Shown here: positions 25,596-38,107 of the stretch, in pieces | Numbering within the stretch: the stretch's first letter is position 1 | Layout of the letters: each line of letters begins with the position of its first letter | Source: Antedon mediterranea | Taxonomy: Eukaryota; Animalia; Echinodermata | Assembly: GCF_964355755.1 (NCBI RefSeq) | Contig: NC_092678.1 | Coordinates: 2,000,422 to 2,064,421 of the forward strand | Direction: 5' to 3' | Length of the DNA: 64,000 nucleotides | The notes under the pieces: generated by a model | Seen by the model: only the letters and a program-made list of their open reading frames with translations | Told to the model about the DNA's origin: nothing | Databases searched by the model: none | Made by a program: the position numbers and the translations under genes

Positions 25596-25712
25596 TTATC
25601 CATCTTGTGTATCTGTTCTTCATTATAAGCAAGACGCTTTGCTCTTTTGTCATCTTTAAACTGGTCACAAATTGTTTTTGTCCCATTCACAAGGACTTCA
25701 AAGCTATCATAA
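25596..25712 (-). CDS. TBK1: TBK1 coding exon 11 (scaffold/dimerisation domain)
   Basis: 117 nt; QFKDDKRAKRLAYNEEQIHKMDK matches the TBK1/IKKe signature RLAYNEEQIHKFDK. Confidence 0.95.
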
Positions 25713-26199
25713 CTGGTGTTATTTTATAAAAAATATTACTGGTGTTATTCCTAAGTTCATGGTGGAATTCATCATCTCTCTCACTCTCTGGTCCTTTCAA
25801 ACAACACTCCCCAGCTCGCCTTACATGATATTTTTTGATATAAGTTTATAACTGAATAGTGATGATTGTATCACTTATTCGTCCATATGGTAGTTGTGGT
25901 CAGTATTCGTCTTTAATTTGTTCAATTCACCGTTTTACTTTTAGAAACACAAGTTCTTTTAAAATCAGTGGTAAGAAAGTGAGAGGATTTGCTCTATTCT
26001 TTGAACTGGACGTGTCGCAGTCACAAAGAACTTCAAGTCTGTTATATGTCATTTTTTTAAATATTACTTCTGTTATCTCATCATCTATCTCTATCTCTCT
26101 CTCTCTCCAGTAATCTCTTCAGTAATAATTTTCACATATTTTTATCAATCACAAACACTGATTGTCATTCTCAAAACATAAAGCCAATTTCTTTAATGA

Positions 26200-26975
26200 C
26201 ATATATTATTATTATTATTTATTATTATTATTTATTTCTTTTATTGCATCAAGTAAGCAGTGATGAAATATAATAGTAAATATGTAAACACATAGTATAA
26301 CACAGTCCAAACAAGTAATACTAAAATATATCATAGTCCACAAATCAGTCTTTCAATGGCCATCATAGTACAGTACATCCAGTAACACAAACCAATAGAG
26401 GTTCACAATTTGCTTATCATAACTCAGTTACTGATCATTCACCAATCATTGAAAACTCCGTGGAAAGTAATGAAGTTTTTTGTGCGTTGTGTCCGGACTT
26501 TGGGGAGGGTGAACGATCTAACGCGTCGGAGCTGATGGTTGTGTGTGGGAGGTTTAGGTAAGAGAGAGTGTAATATATGATCTTCTTTTTTCATTTTATC
26601 AAAGAATTTTCTTGACAACTTCTCGCGGCGTTCAGATAGAGTGATGATGTTAAGGTATCTGCGGGTATCAGCATACGAGGTACCATCGGGGCATATTATG
26701 TTACACGCTCTTCTTTGGACATGTTCGATTTGGTCAGATTGTGCTTTGGATAAACTCGGGGACCAAACAGCACAGGCATATTCAAGAACTGGTCGTATCA
26801 CTGCTTGATAGTATCGGAGCAGTTCCAGTCTATCTAGGCCAGACCTCTTGAGTTGCTTAAGAAAAAACAACCTTGGTACAACGCGCTTGGTTAAACAGTC
26901 AACATGCGTCTGCCACGACAATTTACGGTCAAGATTGACACCTAGTAACTTTGCATGCTCAACACACTTGACTTC
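26200..26975 (-). mobile_element. 3' fragment of L2/Crack/Daphne-like LINE
   Basis: KLLGVNLDRKLSWQTHV, RLFFLKQLKR, VIRPVLEYACAVW, IEHVQRRA, LSERR, HILHSLLP; (AAT)n tail near 26205-26235. Confidence 0.85.
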
Positions 26976-27010
26976 GATATACGTAACATAAATGAAAATA
27001 AAACTCTTAC

Positions 27011-27132
27011 CAAAGTTGTTCTTTCTGGCATTTCTGCCTATCATCATAAGATTTTTCCAAAACTTTATCTCGTATTATTTTTCTTGAGAGACTTTTAAAC
27101 TCTCCTAATACATCACGAAGTTGATTGAGAAT
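27011..27132 (-). CDS. TBK1: TBK1 coding exon 10
   Basis: 122 nt, ttttgcag/gtaaga, ILNQLRDVLGEFKSLSRK...CQKEQL. Confidence 0.88.
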
Positions 27133-27335
27133 CTGCAAAAATTAGAAATTGTGACGAGAATTAAGAAAAACTTTTTGTCAAACTCTGATGTAGCTACAAA
27201 ATACAACCTTCGGATCTTTGTAAAGAATAGCATGCTACATTCTGAATAACCATACTAGAATTCCAGATTTGGTTAAAGAGTACCTCTCTCTGGTAATAAT
27301 TGAGATCAGAAAGTATAATAGAAATTAAAGAGTAC

Positions 27336-27564
27336 CTCTCTCTGGTAATCCTGCTTCAACATCTCCAGTTCAGTCTTGACTGCAGAAGCTCTGTGATATA
27401 CCTCTTGTACACTTTCATCTGCCAATTGTACAGGTATCATTTCAAGTAACTCTGGGTCAAGATTGCACAGAGTAAATGTCATGGTTTCTTCAAAGTTTAG
27501 CTGTTCATTCTTCAATTTTTCAAGATTCAATTCGTTTTCTCTAATTCTACTTTCCAAAATATTA
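27336..27564 (-). CDS. TBK1: TBK1 coding exon 9
   Basis: 229 nt, NILESRIRENELNLEK...LKQDYQRE, phases 2/0. Confidence 0.85.
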
Positions 27565-28244
27565 CTACCAAGAAAAAAGTAAATCAAAATAGTTTCTAGA
27601 AATCTTTTACAAATAGGAATCAAATTGAATTCTACTAATTCTGAATACAGAAGAAACCCTCTGTTGGGAAACACTTAAGAAACGAACAAGGAACAATATG
27701 TTTAAACTACGGCCAAACTCTATTGAGGGTATGCCCGGTAATACAGGATACATTTTTGGGCCGCGATGATGTTCCGTTATAATAGGGGTTCTACTGTCAA
27801 ATATCATTGTTTGTCATTAAAAAATATTTGTTCTTCATTGTTGGCAGAATTTGACATCACCTTGTGTTTCTAAAAGGAAATAAAGTATGGTTGAGGATCT
27901 TCAATTTAATACAAATTATTTTGTTAAAGGTTGCACTAGTTTCAGCTGTTGCATCAACCATTTATTGATCTTCATACTGCTTTTGTAGAGTACATACGTT
28001 ATAATCAATAACTACAAAAGTCATTGTGTTACACAGATACGACATACTAGCAGGTAAGCACAGTGTATATCTTTAAAAAAATATAGTTATGTTTATCCAT
28101 AATTATATTAGTATTTAGAAAAAAAAGGATAATGTCAAAAAACATTGATTGGAGAAAATGGGAGAAAAACATTTTTTATGGTCCTAAAAATTTGGTTTTT
28201 TGTTCCATAAAGGAAGATTTTACTACGTAAATTAAGGTCATGCT

Positions 28245-28455
28245 TCTCTCCTAAGGGTTACGTCATGTCAGTGCGGTCAATTAAGGCTGTCCATGACAGT
28301 GGTTGTCTGTGAACTAGCACACTGGGGTAACCACCTAATAGCTCGAAAGATGTACTTGATTCTAAAGTGCACATCATTTTGTTTATAGTCCTTATAGTCT
28401 ATCAAAGAAAACTTGTTCTACCATCAGAACAATGGAGCGATTAAGCCTCGAACCC
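28245..28455 (-). mobile_element. Degenerate tRNA-derived SINE copy
   Basis: Reverse complement matches SINE at 45375 (gggttcgaggct, taaggactataaac, gtgcacttta, gtacatctttcgag, cactgtc.tggacag). Confidence 0.8.
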
Positions 28456-29639
28456 TCGTCGATGCTATGACTATTTAGGAACCTTCTAAATTATTTACAA
28501 TCTCCCCAGGCGTCGCAGAATTTTACAATTTTGAGTCTGAGGTTTGGTTGCCCCAACAATATTTTAGCTTGCCCACATTTTTTTTATTTGAATTTTTTTT
28601 ATTTATAGCTTGCAGAAATATAGCCTATGCATTGTGGTTTATGAATATTTATCACTTTAGCTTGCCCTTCGTGACACAGGTAGAGACATTCTAAATCCTC
28701 GACAAGAGCACTCGCCTCCCAGGTTGTAAGAGCACTGGACTCCCACTACCACTACATTGTGTTAAACCACCTTTTAATGGTGTTACACAGTACCATCGCA
28801 TATACCATAACAACCTGAGAGAATGCCAAACAACAATAATACTACAATAATACGTACAGTATACAGATAGTTTTTGTGATAAATATTAAATTGGTAAATT
28901 GTTTTATAATAGAATAATTAACTTATTTAATAGTTCACTATAGTGCTACTAGTTGTTTTTTATACATTTTAAAATCTATACAAGAAATTAAAAATAATTT
29001 AAACAACTCTAAATCATTTTTGTAATTTTAGTTAAAGCTATTTTAGAATTAAAAATAAATAAATAATTAAAGTAATTAACATGTAATGGGAGGAGGATGT
29101 AGTGAGAGGAAGAAAACTTCCTTATATAAAGTACAACTAGTTTTGATTTAATCTTGCAAACTGCAAAGTACCTAAGCTAGCCCGACGGTACGTGTTGAGC
29201 CTAACAATTGCTGTCAATACAGCAGCATCAATCAGCAAGAGTTCGAACATGCTTAGGTACTTTTTTTTTTAACCACCAGCAATCACAACACAAACAAAAC
29301 TATAAATTTTGATTACATTATCAGGCGATATTAGGTAACACAGGTAGTTTTCAATATAAATATTTATGGGGCTATAGTTTTGAATGACTTCCTCCTTTAT
29401 TGTCATGACACGGATATCAATTGCACGAAGCAAAACAAGTAAACTGTCTACGCATCAATAAACATTTAAAAAAAATAAATAAAAGATTGTTGTGCAGTAA
29501 AACTGCTAATAATCTCATTCAATATAATATTAATTAAAATAAATTTGTTTTCTTGGTGTTCTTTGGTTTAAATCTGTAACATTTTCTGCCAACTTTCCAC
29601 CTAAGTAGCACTAACCCTTTGATTTTTCTTTGTTTTTTC

Positions 29640-29742
29640 GCTATCCTAACGTGACCGAGCGGTAAGTGTTTACGACACATGACTGTTCAATGAGAGTCTT
29701 CAAAAGCACAAGTTCGAAACCTGTTAGGATAGCACACTTTTT
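29640..29742 (+). ncRNA. Pol III-type small RNA candidate (vault-RNA-like or tRNA-derived), copy 1
   Basis: 11-bp terminal stem GCTATCCTAAC/GTTAGGATAGC, A box TGACCGAGCGG, B box GTTCGAAACC, T5 run at 29738. Confidence 0.4.
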
Positions 29743-30907
29743 AAAATATCAATACTTTGTTTTGTAAGTATTATTGATGCATCCATCCATATTGTTTTGT
29801 GTTAGAAAACCATAAAATTGATTTTCAAGCTAACTACGATCGCTCCAGGCCTAGTAATATTTAATGACCTCAAGTGGGCTGTAACCTATTTCATACCATT
29901 GTAAGCATGTCAATTGCAGCTCCGCGCAATGTACCAAGCTCCAGGCCTAGTAATTTTCAATCATCTCAAGCGGGCTGTAACCTATTTCATACCATTGTAA
30001 TCTTGTCAATGCCTATTATTAGGTAATTTTTAAAAAAATATTTGTACCAGCATGATTTTAAAATACAAGTGGTTATATAACGACATATGCTACAGACAAA
30101 ATTAGCCTAGTTGCAGTCAGGCAGACGTCTAAATAGTCAATCAGGTGTTTTAAGGGTATATCATACTCATTCCTGAGTAGATATTGTAGATGTTGCCATC
30201 CGTGAAACCACATTGTATCAGTGAATGTGTGAACTTTCACATTACATAGCAAACTCCAGAGATATATGATAACCTGAGTTTTGTATGGTATGCACTCCGC
30301 TGCATGTAAACTCGAGAGTATTGTAGGCAAGGTGAAAGGGGTATCGCTCCCTAAATATATGATCTACAGCACATGGAAACAGTCAGCTAAACAGTGTGTA
30401 TGGGCCATGTAAATGTCATTACCAGTATGCGTGTGAACTATAAAACATCAACAAAGATTAGCAGCAGATACAATCCTTTTTGTTTCCTATACAATCTCAT
30501 ATCATACTCTCTTGGGATTTCAAAGCATAGGCATAACAAAATGTGCCAGCTTTTCTTTAAAGCCGGGTTTCCATTAAAATCGCTACAGCGTTTCCATTAA
30601 AATCGCTACACGCGCAGATATCGCTGACGCAATTGGGAAGGCTCCTCGATTCATCGCAGTCATATCGGCAAAGTTCAACCATGTTCAACTTTGCCGATTG
30701 TGTCGGCGGGAATCGTATACGCGAATAAAGATTTTTAAAAAAATAAATAAAAGATTTTTGTGCAGTAAAACTGCTAATAATCTCATTCAATATAATATTA
30801 ATTAAAATAAATTTGTTTTCTTTGTGTTCTTTGGTTTAAATCTGTAACATTTTCTGCCAACTTTCCACCTAAGTAGCACTAACCCTTTGATTTTTCTTTG
30901 TTTTTTC

Positions 30908-31010
30908 GCTATCCTAACGTGACCGAGCGGCAAGTGTTTACGACACATGACTGTTCAATGAGAGTCTTCAAAAGCACAAGTTCGAAACCTGTTAGGATAG
31001 CACACTTTTT
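30908..31010 (+). ncRNA. Pol III-type small RNA candidate, copy 2
   Basis: Duplicate of 29640-29742 with a T>C change just after the A box. Confidence 0.4.
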
Positions 31011-31826
31011 AAAATATCAATACTTTGTTTTGTAAGTATTATTGATGCATCCATCCATATTGTTTTGTGTTAGAAAACCATAAAATTGATTTTCAAGCTA
31101 ACTACGATCGCTCCAGGCCTAGTAATATTCAATGACCTCAAGTGGGCTGTAACCTATTTCATACCATTGTAACCATGTCAATTGCAGCTCCGCGCAATGT
31201 ACCAAGCTCCAGGCCTAGTAATTTTCAATCATCTCAAGCGGGCTGTAACCTATTTAATACCATTGTAATCTTGTCAATGCCTATTATTAGGTAATTTTTA
31301 AAAAAATATTTGTACCAGCATGATTTTAAAATACAAGTGGTTATATAACGACATATGCTACATACAAAATTAGCCTAGTTGCAGTCAGGCAGACATCTAA
31401 ATAGTCAATCAGGTGTTTTAAGGGTATATCATACTCATTCCTGAGTAGATATTGTAGATGTTGCCATCCGTGAAACCACATTGTATTAGTGAATGTGTGA
31501 ACTTTCACATTACATAGCAAACTCCAGAGATATATGATAACCTGAGTTTTGTATGGTATGCACTCCGCTGCATGTAAACTCGAGAGTATTGTAGGCAAGG
31601 TGAAAGGGGTATCGCTCCCTAAATATATGATCTACAGCACATGGAAACAGTCAGCTAAACAGTGTGTATGGGCCATGTAAATGTCATTACCAGTATGCGT
31701 GTGAACTATAAAACATCAACAAAGATTAGCAGCAGATACAATCCTTTTTGTTTCCTATACAATCTCATATCATACTCTCTTGGGATTTCAAAGCATAGGC
31801 ATAACAAAATGTGCCAGCTTTTCTTT

Positions 31827-32145
31827 AAAGCCGGGTTTCCATTAAAATCGCTACAGCGTTTCCATTAAAATCGCTACAGCGTTTCCATTAAAATCGCTAC
31901 AGCATTTCCATTAAAATCGCTACACGCGCAGATGTCGCCGACGCAATTGGGAAGGCTCCCCGATTCATCGCAGTCATATCGGCAAAGTTCAACCATGTTC
32001 AACTTTGCCGATTGTGTCGGCGGGAATCGTATACGTGAATAGAAAGAATATTTAGCGCTCGCGTACTAGATCCCCGATAAATTCTAGCATTTCCATAGAA
32101 TCGCTACGCTCTGTCGTGTAGCGATTTTATGGAAACCAGGCTTTA
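31827..32145. mobile_element. Harbinger-like MITE with 23-bp internal tandem repeats
   Basis: TIR aaagccgggtttccat / atggaaaccaggcttt in TWA context; truncated copy at 30558-30727. Confidence 0.75.
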
Positions 32146-32379
32146 CACAATAAAATAAATTAACGATAAAAGTAAGGCCAAGCACACAGATGAGCGCTAA
32201 TGGTAATAATTTTCCTATTGCCATTGCAGAGCGGACGGGTGGGTTTTGCTTACCGTTACTGCTCGTCTGTGTAAATTGGCCTTTAGGAACTCAAACATAG
32301 CACATCCTGTATCATTTCAAATGCTAACATCTTCTCATTTAACAACAACTGTTAATACAGGGTAGGGGTAGAAACTCAC

Positions 32380-32471
32380 CAAAACCATTGTACAGAAACA
32401 CTCATCAAGCTCTGCATCTCTAAGTAACTTTCTACCACATTCAAAAAGTAATACATCGAACCACAACAGAT
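32380..32471 (-). CDS. TBK1: TBK1 coding exon 8
   Basis: 92 nt, ttttacag/gtgagt, ICCGSMYYFLNVVESYLEMQSLMSVSVQWF. Confidence 0.9.
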
Positions 32472-32884
32472 CTGTAAAACAGAACCAAACATTAAATATA
32501 TCAATTTACAAATACTTGTACAAAGAGGCCACTGCCGTTCATGACTGATCAAAATGTCGTACATGTCACCAATATTCTCTTTGTTTGAATATGAATAAAC
32601 GTTTACATTAAAACTTCACACTCGTATAGCTTTTCTATCCATCACTATTTTGCAAAAAGTAGCTTTTTAAGCTGTTTAAGGTATTATTTATAGAGTGAAG
32701 AAAATTATTTAACATTTTTCACTGCGAAATCCCACAGATAGACACACTAACGACAGATCTGTTTTTCACAGAATAAATGATGTGTGTTAAAACAGTAAAA
32801 TACATTGTGTATTAGCATTCAACTCTACAGTACATGGATAGAGATTCATGCAGATCATCATAACATTAGCAGGATAAGAATCCA

Positions 32885-33025
32885 GAACTCAGTGAAGAGT
32901 GTGAACTCAGTGGAGAGGATGAACTTATATAAGTGGAGAGGATAAACTCATAGGTGGAGAGGGTGAACTCATAAGTGGAGAGGGTGAACTCAGTGAAGAG
33001 GGTGAACTCAGTGGAGAGGGTGAAT
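32885..33025. repeat. ~18-22-bp minisatellite (gaactcagtggagagggt)
   Basis: About 7 degenerate units. Confidence 0.85.
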
Positions 33026-33796
33026 GTCCATAGAAAGAGTGAAAATTATTAGTAAACACCATCCATACTAGATTTTAAATAAATGTAAACAAGTCAAAGG
33101 TTAGTTTTAATCCAGTACAGAAGGTTCAGTGTATGCTACTTCAGAAAAATATTATACAGACTGTCAGTGTGGCCCATTTACACTTCCGTAAATAGTTGCA
33201 TAAATAGATGAAAACTTGATTAATAGAACATTTTTTTTTGGTTTTACCGTTTTCTTGGTAAACTAACTACAAAAAAGTGTTAATTTTTAGTCAATTTAGA
33301 AATCCAATAAATTATTTCTAAACTTTAAAATAATGTGACAAAACAATTAAAAATGTTCTACTATTTGTTTTAAAAGATGAATGGTGCCTATCTGAGAAGG
33401 CTATCATTGGAATCATTGGAATAACCCTGAGAGCAAGTATACCACAAAAGCAGAAGATCATACTGATGGAAGGTAACAATAATTTTTACAATGAAGTAGC
33501 AATGGGTAATTTCGTTGCAGATGACAATATATGATTAATATGGTTAAAGTGTATATATACAACATACTAATTTGCATATGCAGGTGATTATGTGTGACTA
33601 ATGTTTAACACAACAAATTAAACTGAAAATCCAATCATATATTACTGCAAATACACTAGATAAGAAATAAAGTATTTGTACAAACCAGCTATCTTTAATA
33701 CTACAAACCCATTCCGTGCACTACAAACCCTATAAAGTGAAGAATTCTGAAATATTTTTGCGGAAAGATTCGAGAATTCCATACAAAATTCCTAAC

Positions 33797-33855
33797 CTTA
33801 GCCAAAGGGGCGTCGTTCTCCAGACTATAAGGCGTGGCGATCTTTGGGAGCTTAG
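33797..33855 (-). CDS. TBK1: TBK1 coding exon 7
   Basis: 59 nt, PKLPKIATPYSLENDAPLAK, cf. TBK1 LPKVHPRYDLDGDASMAK. Confidence 0.92.
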
Positions 33856-33912
33856 CTGTAAAATAAAATAAAAATATTCTAAAATGTTTAATATCAGTGA
33901 TTATATCCTATC

Positions 33913-34686
33913 AACTGTATATCCTACAATGGTTGTGGGTTGTATTTGAGTTAGTAGGAGAGAGGAGTATGGTGGTAACTGTATATCCTACAATGGTTGT
34001 GGGTTGTATTTGAGTTAGTAGGAGAGAGGAGTATGGTGGTAACTGTATATCCTACAATGGTTATGGGTTGTATTTGAGTTAGTAGGAGAGAGGAGTATGG
34101 TGGTAACTGTATATCCTACAATGGTTGTGGGTTGTATTTGAGTTAGTAGGAGAGAGGAGTATGGTGGTAACTGTATATCCTACAATGGTTGTGAGTTGTA
34201 TTTGAGTTAGTAGGAGAGAGGAGTATGGTGGTAACTGTATATCCTACAATGGTTGTGAGTTGTATTTGAGTTAGTAGGAGAGAGGAGTATGGTGGTAACT
34301 GTATATCCTACAATGGTTGTGGGTTGTATTTGAGTTAGTAGGAGAGAGGAGTATGGTGGTAACTGTATATCCTACAATGGTTGTGGGTTGTATTTGAGTT
34401 AGTAGGAGAGAGGAGTATGGTGGTAACTGTATATCCTACAATGGTTGTGAGTTGTATTTGAGTTAGTAGGAGAGAGGAGTATGGTGGTAACTGTATATCC
34501 TACAATGGTTGTGGGTTGTATTTGAGTTAGTAGGAGAGAGGAGTATGGTGGTAACTGTATATCCTACAATGGTTGTGAGTTGTATTTGAGTTAGTAGGAG
34601 AGAGGAGTATGGTGGTAACTGTATATCCTACAATGGTTGTGGGTTGTATTTGAGTTAGTAGGAGAGAGGAGTATGGTGGTAACTGT
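33913..34686. repeat. 64-bp tandem repeat x12
   Basis: aactgtatatcctacaatggttgtg(g/a)gttgtatttgagttagtaggagagaggagtatggtggt, nearly perfect. Confidence 0.97.
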
Positions 34687-35282
34687 CCTGTTACCATGTC
34701 ATTTATATACCAGTTTAATAAGTCTTTATGTTTCAATTATTTCTTTCTTTCTATATAGGCAGAAGAATACAACATAGAAATTCCTGTAGAAGATGGAATA
34801 ACAACTGAAATACAAACCTAGAAATTTAGTAAGAAAAATCAACAGAAAATGTCTTTAATAGTTCATTTATATGAATGCAACAAAAATTCAAAGAAAATGA
34901 ATTCAAATTCCCTGCGGTAACTAGCTAAGATAAAGCTATAGGCTTGTGATCAAGAATAACATCCATTTTTATAGTCAAGTTTCCAGACTCCAGTGCGAAC
35001 ATTCTACTAAACCTTTCTCATGTAGTTGTCGCAAACCAGTATAAACAATCACTGATTAATCAATGCATTTTAATGCAGTGGGCTTGTAGTTTAAGCCAAG
35101 ATCTACATCAAAAAGCATTGTCTACCACGCAAACCAAAAAATAGGGCAATAAAATTGCACCCCACAAGTGGCCAACAAATTCAACTTTAATGATAATAAT
35201 ATGTTCAGGTATTTTCTTTAATACAGATTTTCAGTTTTTACTGTACTGATAAGAAGATCAATTTAAAGAAACAATTACTTAC

Positions 35283-35665
35283 GTCTTGCAGGTTGAATAG
35301 GTAATGGAAATTTTTTAAGATCTCTTCTAAACAAAATAATTGGATTCTTATATGTAGTTTCACAATATTCTCGGCTTTCTGTGAATAATGTAGAACTATC
35401 TAGGTCCTTTCCATTGTAACAGAGAAGTTGTTGAGATGATGTAATTTTTGTCTCTTCTGCAACTTTCGCTACAAATTCGTTCCAGTCACTTCTAGGAGGC
35501 ATGTAGACGCTTATTATCTGCGAGGTGACTGTGTTAAACACATGAACTTTCTTTAAGCTTAGAATGTTTTGGACCATTGTGAAAAAAGTATCAAAGGAAT
35601 ACATCTTGTCGATGTTACATTCCAATAGTCCTACAAGAAGTTGTTTAATAAGTTTCCTCATAGGC
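35283..35665 (-). CDS. TBK1: TBK1 coding exon 6 (kinase C-lobe end + ubiquitin-like domain)
   Basis: 383 nt; LLVGLLECNIDKMYSFDTFF, KVHVF, ETKITSSQQLLCYNG, TTYKNPIILF. Confidence 0.95.
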
Positions 35666-35916
35666 CTAAAAATTTAAATAAAAGAAAATATATACAGTTA
35701 AATTATTTTCAATTTAATTTTATTTTAATAAGATACATCATAGTGAAATAACATGACAGTTTTTTTTCTACGTAGAATGCAGTTTCTTTTTTCTCACCAA
35801 TTTAATGGAGTATTTTATTTATTAGTTTTGATGTTATCCTGTTAACAGACAAACACACAAAGAAATATCTAAGAAAAAAATATAACCTCGTTGGTGGAGG
35901 CAATGACTTTACTTAC

Positions 35917-36030
35917 CCAGGCAGGTGACATGTCTCAGGAAGATGGCTAAACCATTCAATTTCACCTAATGGAGAGTTATGCTGAACTCCGCTTATGACA
36001 CCATATGGTTTCTTTGTAGTTAATTGTATC
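35917..36030 (-). CDS. TBK1: TBK1 coding exon 5
   Basis: 114 nt; TTKKPYGVISGVQHNSPLGEIEWFSHLPETCHL. Confidence 0.95.
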
Positions 36031-37854
36031 CTACAAAAGACCAAGTATTGAGTAATAAATATTACAACAGTTATAAACAAAATGTCAAATTAAAAAAAAT
36101 ACATATTATACATTAGGCCTATATTATGTTTCAACCTATTTAGACATGCATTATGATTTGTCCACTCCGGCTGGAAAATACTGGAAAGGAAATTACAACC
36201 AGTCAGTACATTATTGATTGTCTTCCGATTCTGTGATGATTAGGAGTAAATACAGATTTGATAAAGAAAAGAGATCACACATTCTCGCACTTGCATGCAA
36301 TGAGATATAACACATTTTCACTCTTGCATGCAAATGAGATATCACACATTCTCACACTTTTAGGCAATGGGTTTGGTTTAAGACTTCTATAAGGTCAGAA
36401 TGTAATGATGTTGAAACTCTTCATTATGCGAGACACAACCAATTTCTTTTATCTCTGCCTGCCACATATGATATTTGAGCAACTTAAATATTTCTCAAGA
36501 TGAAATCCCATTTTGTATCTCAATCCTATTATGTATAAGATTTCTTTCCAGGCCGGACAACAGTTTGCAAGCAAAAATTTTAAGTATTACATTACAAGGA
36601 AATATAAACTTTGATAACGTCAGTTAATGCAAAAACTAGAAAAAAGATGAGATGATTGTTATCAGATGAAAAAGTGCTGTGCAATCTAAACTCCTACTGT
36701 GATTGTTAATACATTATTTTCCTTTTTTCCCAGTTTGTCTAAAAACATCACTTAATCTTCGGCTCTTCTAGCACAGGCGTTGTTCAATTCCTCGAATTGT
36801 TCAAATATATATTAATATACAAATTACGTACAAGTCAGAGTGTATTAGTGGAGATGTGGCACACTCGAGGATATTTACAATGGTGCGACATGCACAATGC
36901 GCGCCGAATCTCCACTAATGCACGAACTTAGACTTGTGCGTTACTTGTTTTATAACATGGGTCTATGAACTATTTTACCTTTTTAGGAACTAGGCCTACC
37001 GCAGCAATTACCACTCTGCTTGGCGACCAAATCACCACCGAGCCTAGCCTAGGCCTAGCAAAACAGTCGTGTACCAGAAATGACAAGTTATGGGGCTGTG
37101 GTACAGACGACTGGTTAGTACTCGTAAAACGTGTAGAGCCTAGCGCGATCAGTAATCTACCATACGATTTACATGCAGTTCTATTATACTTTTTTGATGC
37201 GCACTTTTGTACTCCAGTAAATGATAGTGAAAAAATAAAGAGCACACACTCATTTGAACGCGTCTGATTGCCTACATCCTTGAACCCATGTTATAATATC
37301 TATTGATAAAATTAATATAACTACAGAAACAATGCACAGCACACAATACATAGATGTGATGTTGGAAAAAAAATTACCCCTTTAAAGGTCACACACTGCA
37401 AGATGGTAGCAATGACATATGCCTCGATATTTACTACACTGTAGGTAAATGTATAGAACAAACATTTAAAAATTATGAAAGTTTATAATATGCCAATTTA
37501 TCTATATTAATCAGTGAAAATGAGATTATGCATTAAAACACCTTTACAAACAAAACCTTTGACAAGCACTATTCTGAACAATATCTATTGTCTTTTCTAA
37601 CACAACATATGTTGCACAATCCAGATATTTTTAGATTAGAAATGTCAATCGTCATATCTAACTGTGAAAGTGATATTATAATCGTGTAGAATCACAGAGT
37701 TTCTATCTAATGTTAAAACTAATAACATATTCTAGAAGACTAAAATGTAAAACTGTGGTTTTAAACAGCAAATGTGGCTGATGAAAGATACAAAACACTT
37801 CACACGTTGCTTTCCAAACATCAATGGTTAAATTTTATCAAAGCAACAACTTAC

Positions 37855-38012
37855 ATAGTTTCTCTGTTTTTTCGACCTCCAAATGGCCTGAATGGCAACT
37901 GTCCTGTTGCTACATGATAAAAGGTCACTCCAACTGACCACAGGTCAATTTTAGCAGTGTAAGCACCTTGGTTGAATATTTTCAATACAGCCCTTTGATA
38001 CATGTCTGGATG
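37855..38012 (-). CDS. TBK1: TBK1 coding exon 4
   Basis: 158 nt; [42 protein letters not shown]. Confidence 0.97.
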
Positions 38013-38107
38013 CTTAAAAAGAAAATGTTTATATAGTCAATATTAATGTTGGTAAAACTTTCATTCATTTCACTAAAATCACTTAAAGAAAGACAAAAAG
38101 ATGTAAG

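Larger units (their letters stand above)
29457..32041. repeat. Recent tandem duplication, 1268-bp period, in TBK1 intron 8
   Basis: Near-identical copies (duplicate ORFs 30073/31341, 30394/31662); copy 2 has two extra 23-bp units. Confidence 0.97.

Noticed and set aside
26439-27047. TBK1-LINE fusion protein
   Set aside because: The ORF starts in a different frame of exon 10 and runs through the donor; coincidental.
27998-28046. Extra 49-nt TBK1 exon (tag..gtatgt)
   Set aside because: Would shift the frame; exons 8 and 9 already join in phase.
29640-29733. Canonical tRNA or tRNA-Sec
   Set aside because: T-arm and acceptor stem overlap; no proper anticodon arm.
30073-31868. Duplicated small ORF pair as a gene cassette
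   Set aside because: Identity comes from the tandem duplication; non-ATG starts and no recognisable motifs.
33913-34686. CRISPR-like array
   Set aside because: Head-to-tail units with no unique spacers, no cas genes, eukaryotic intron.
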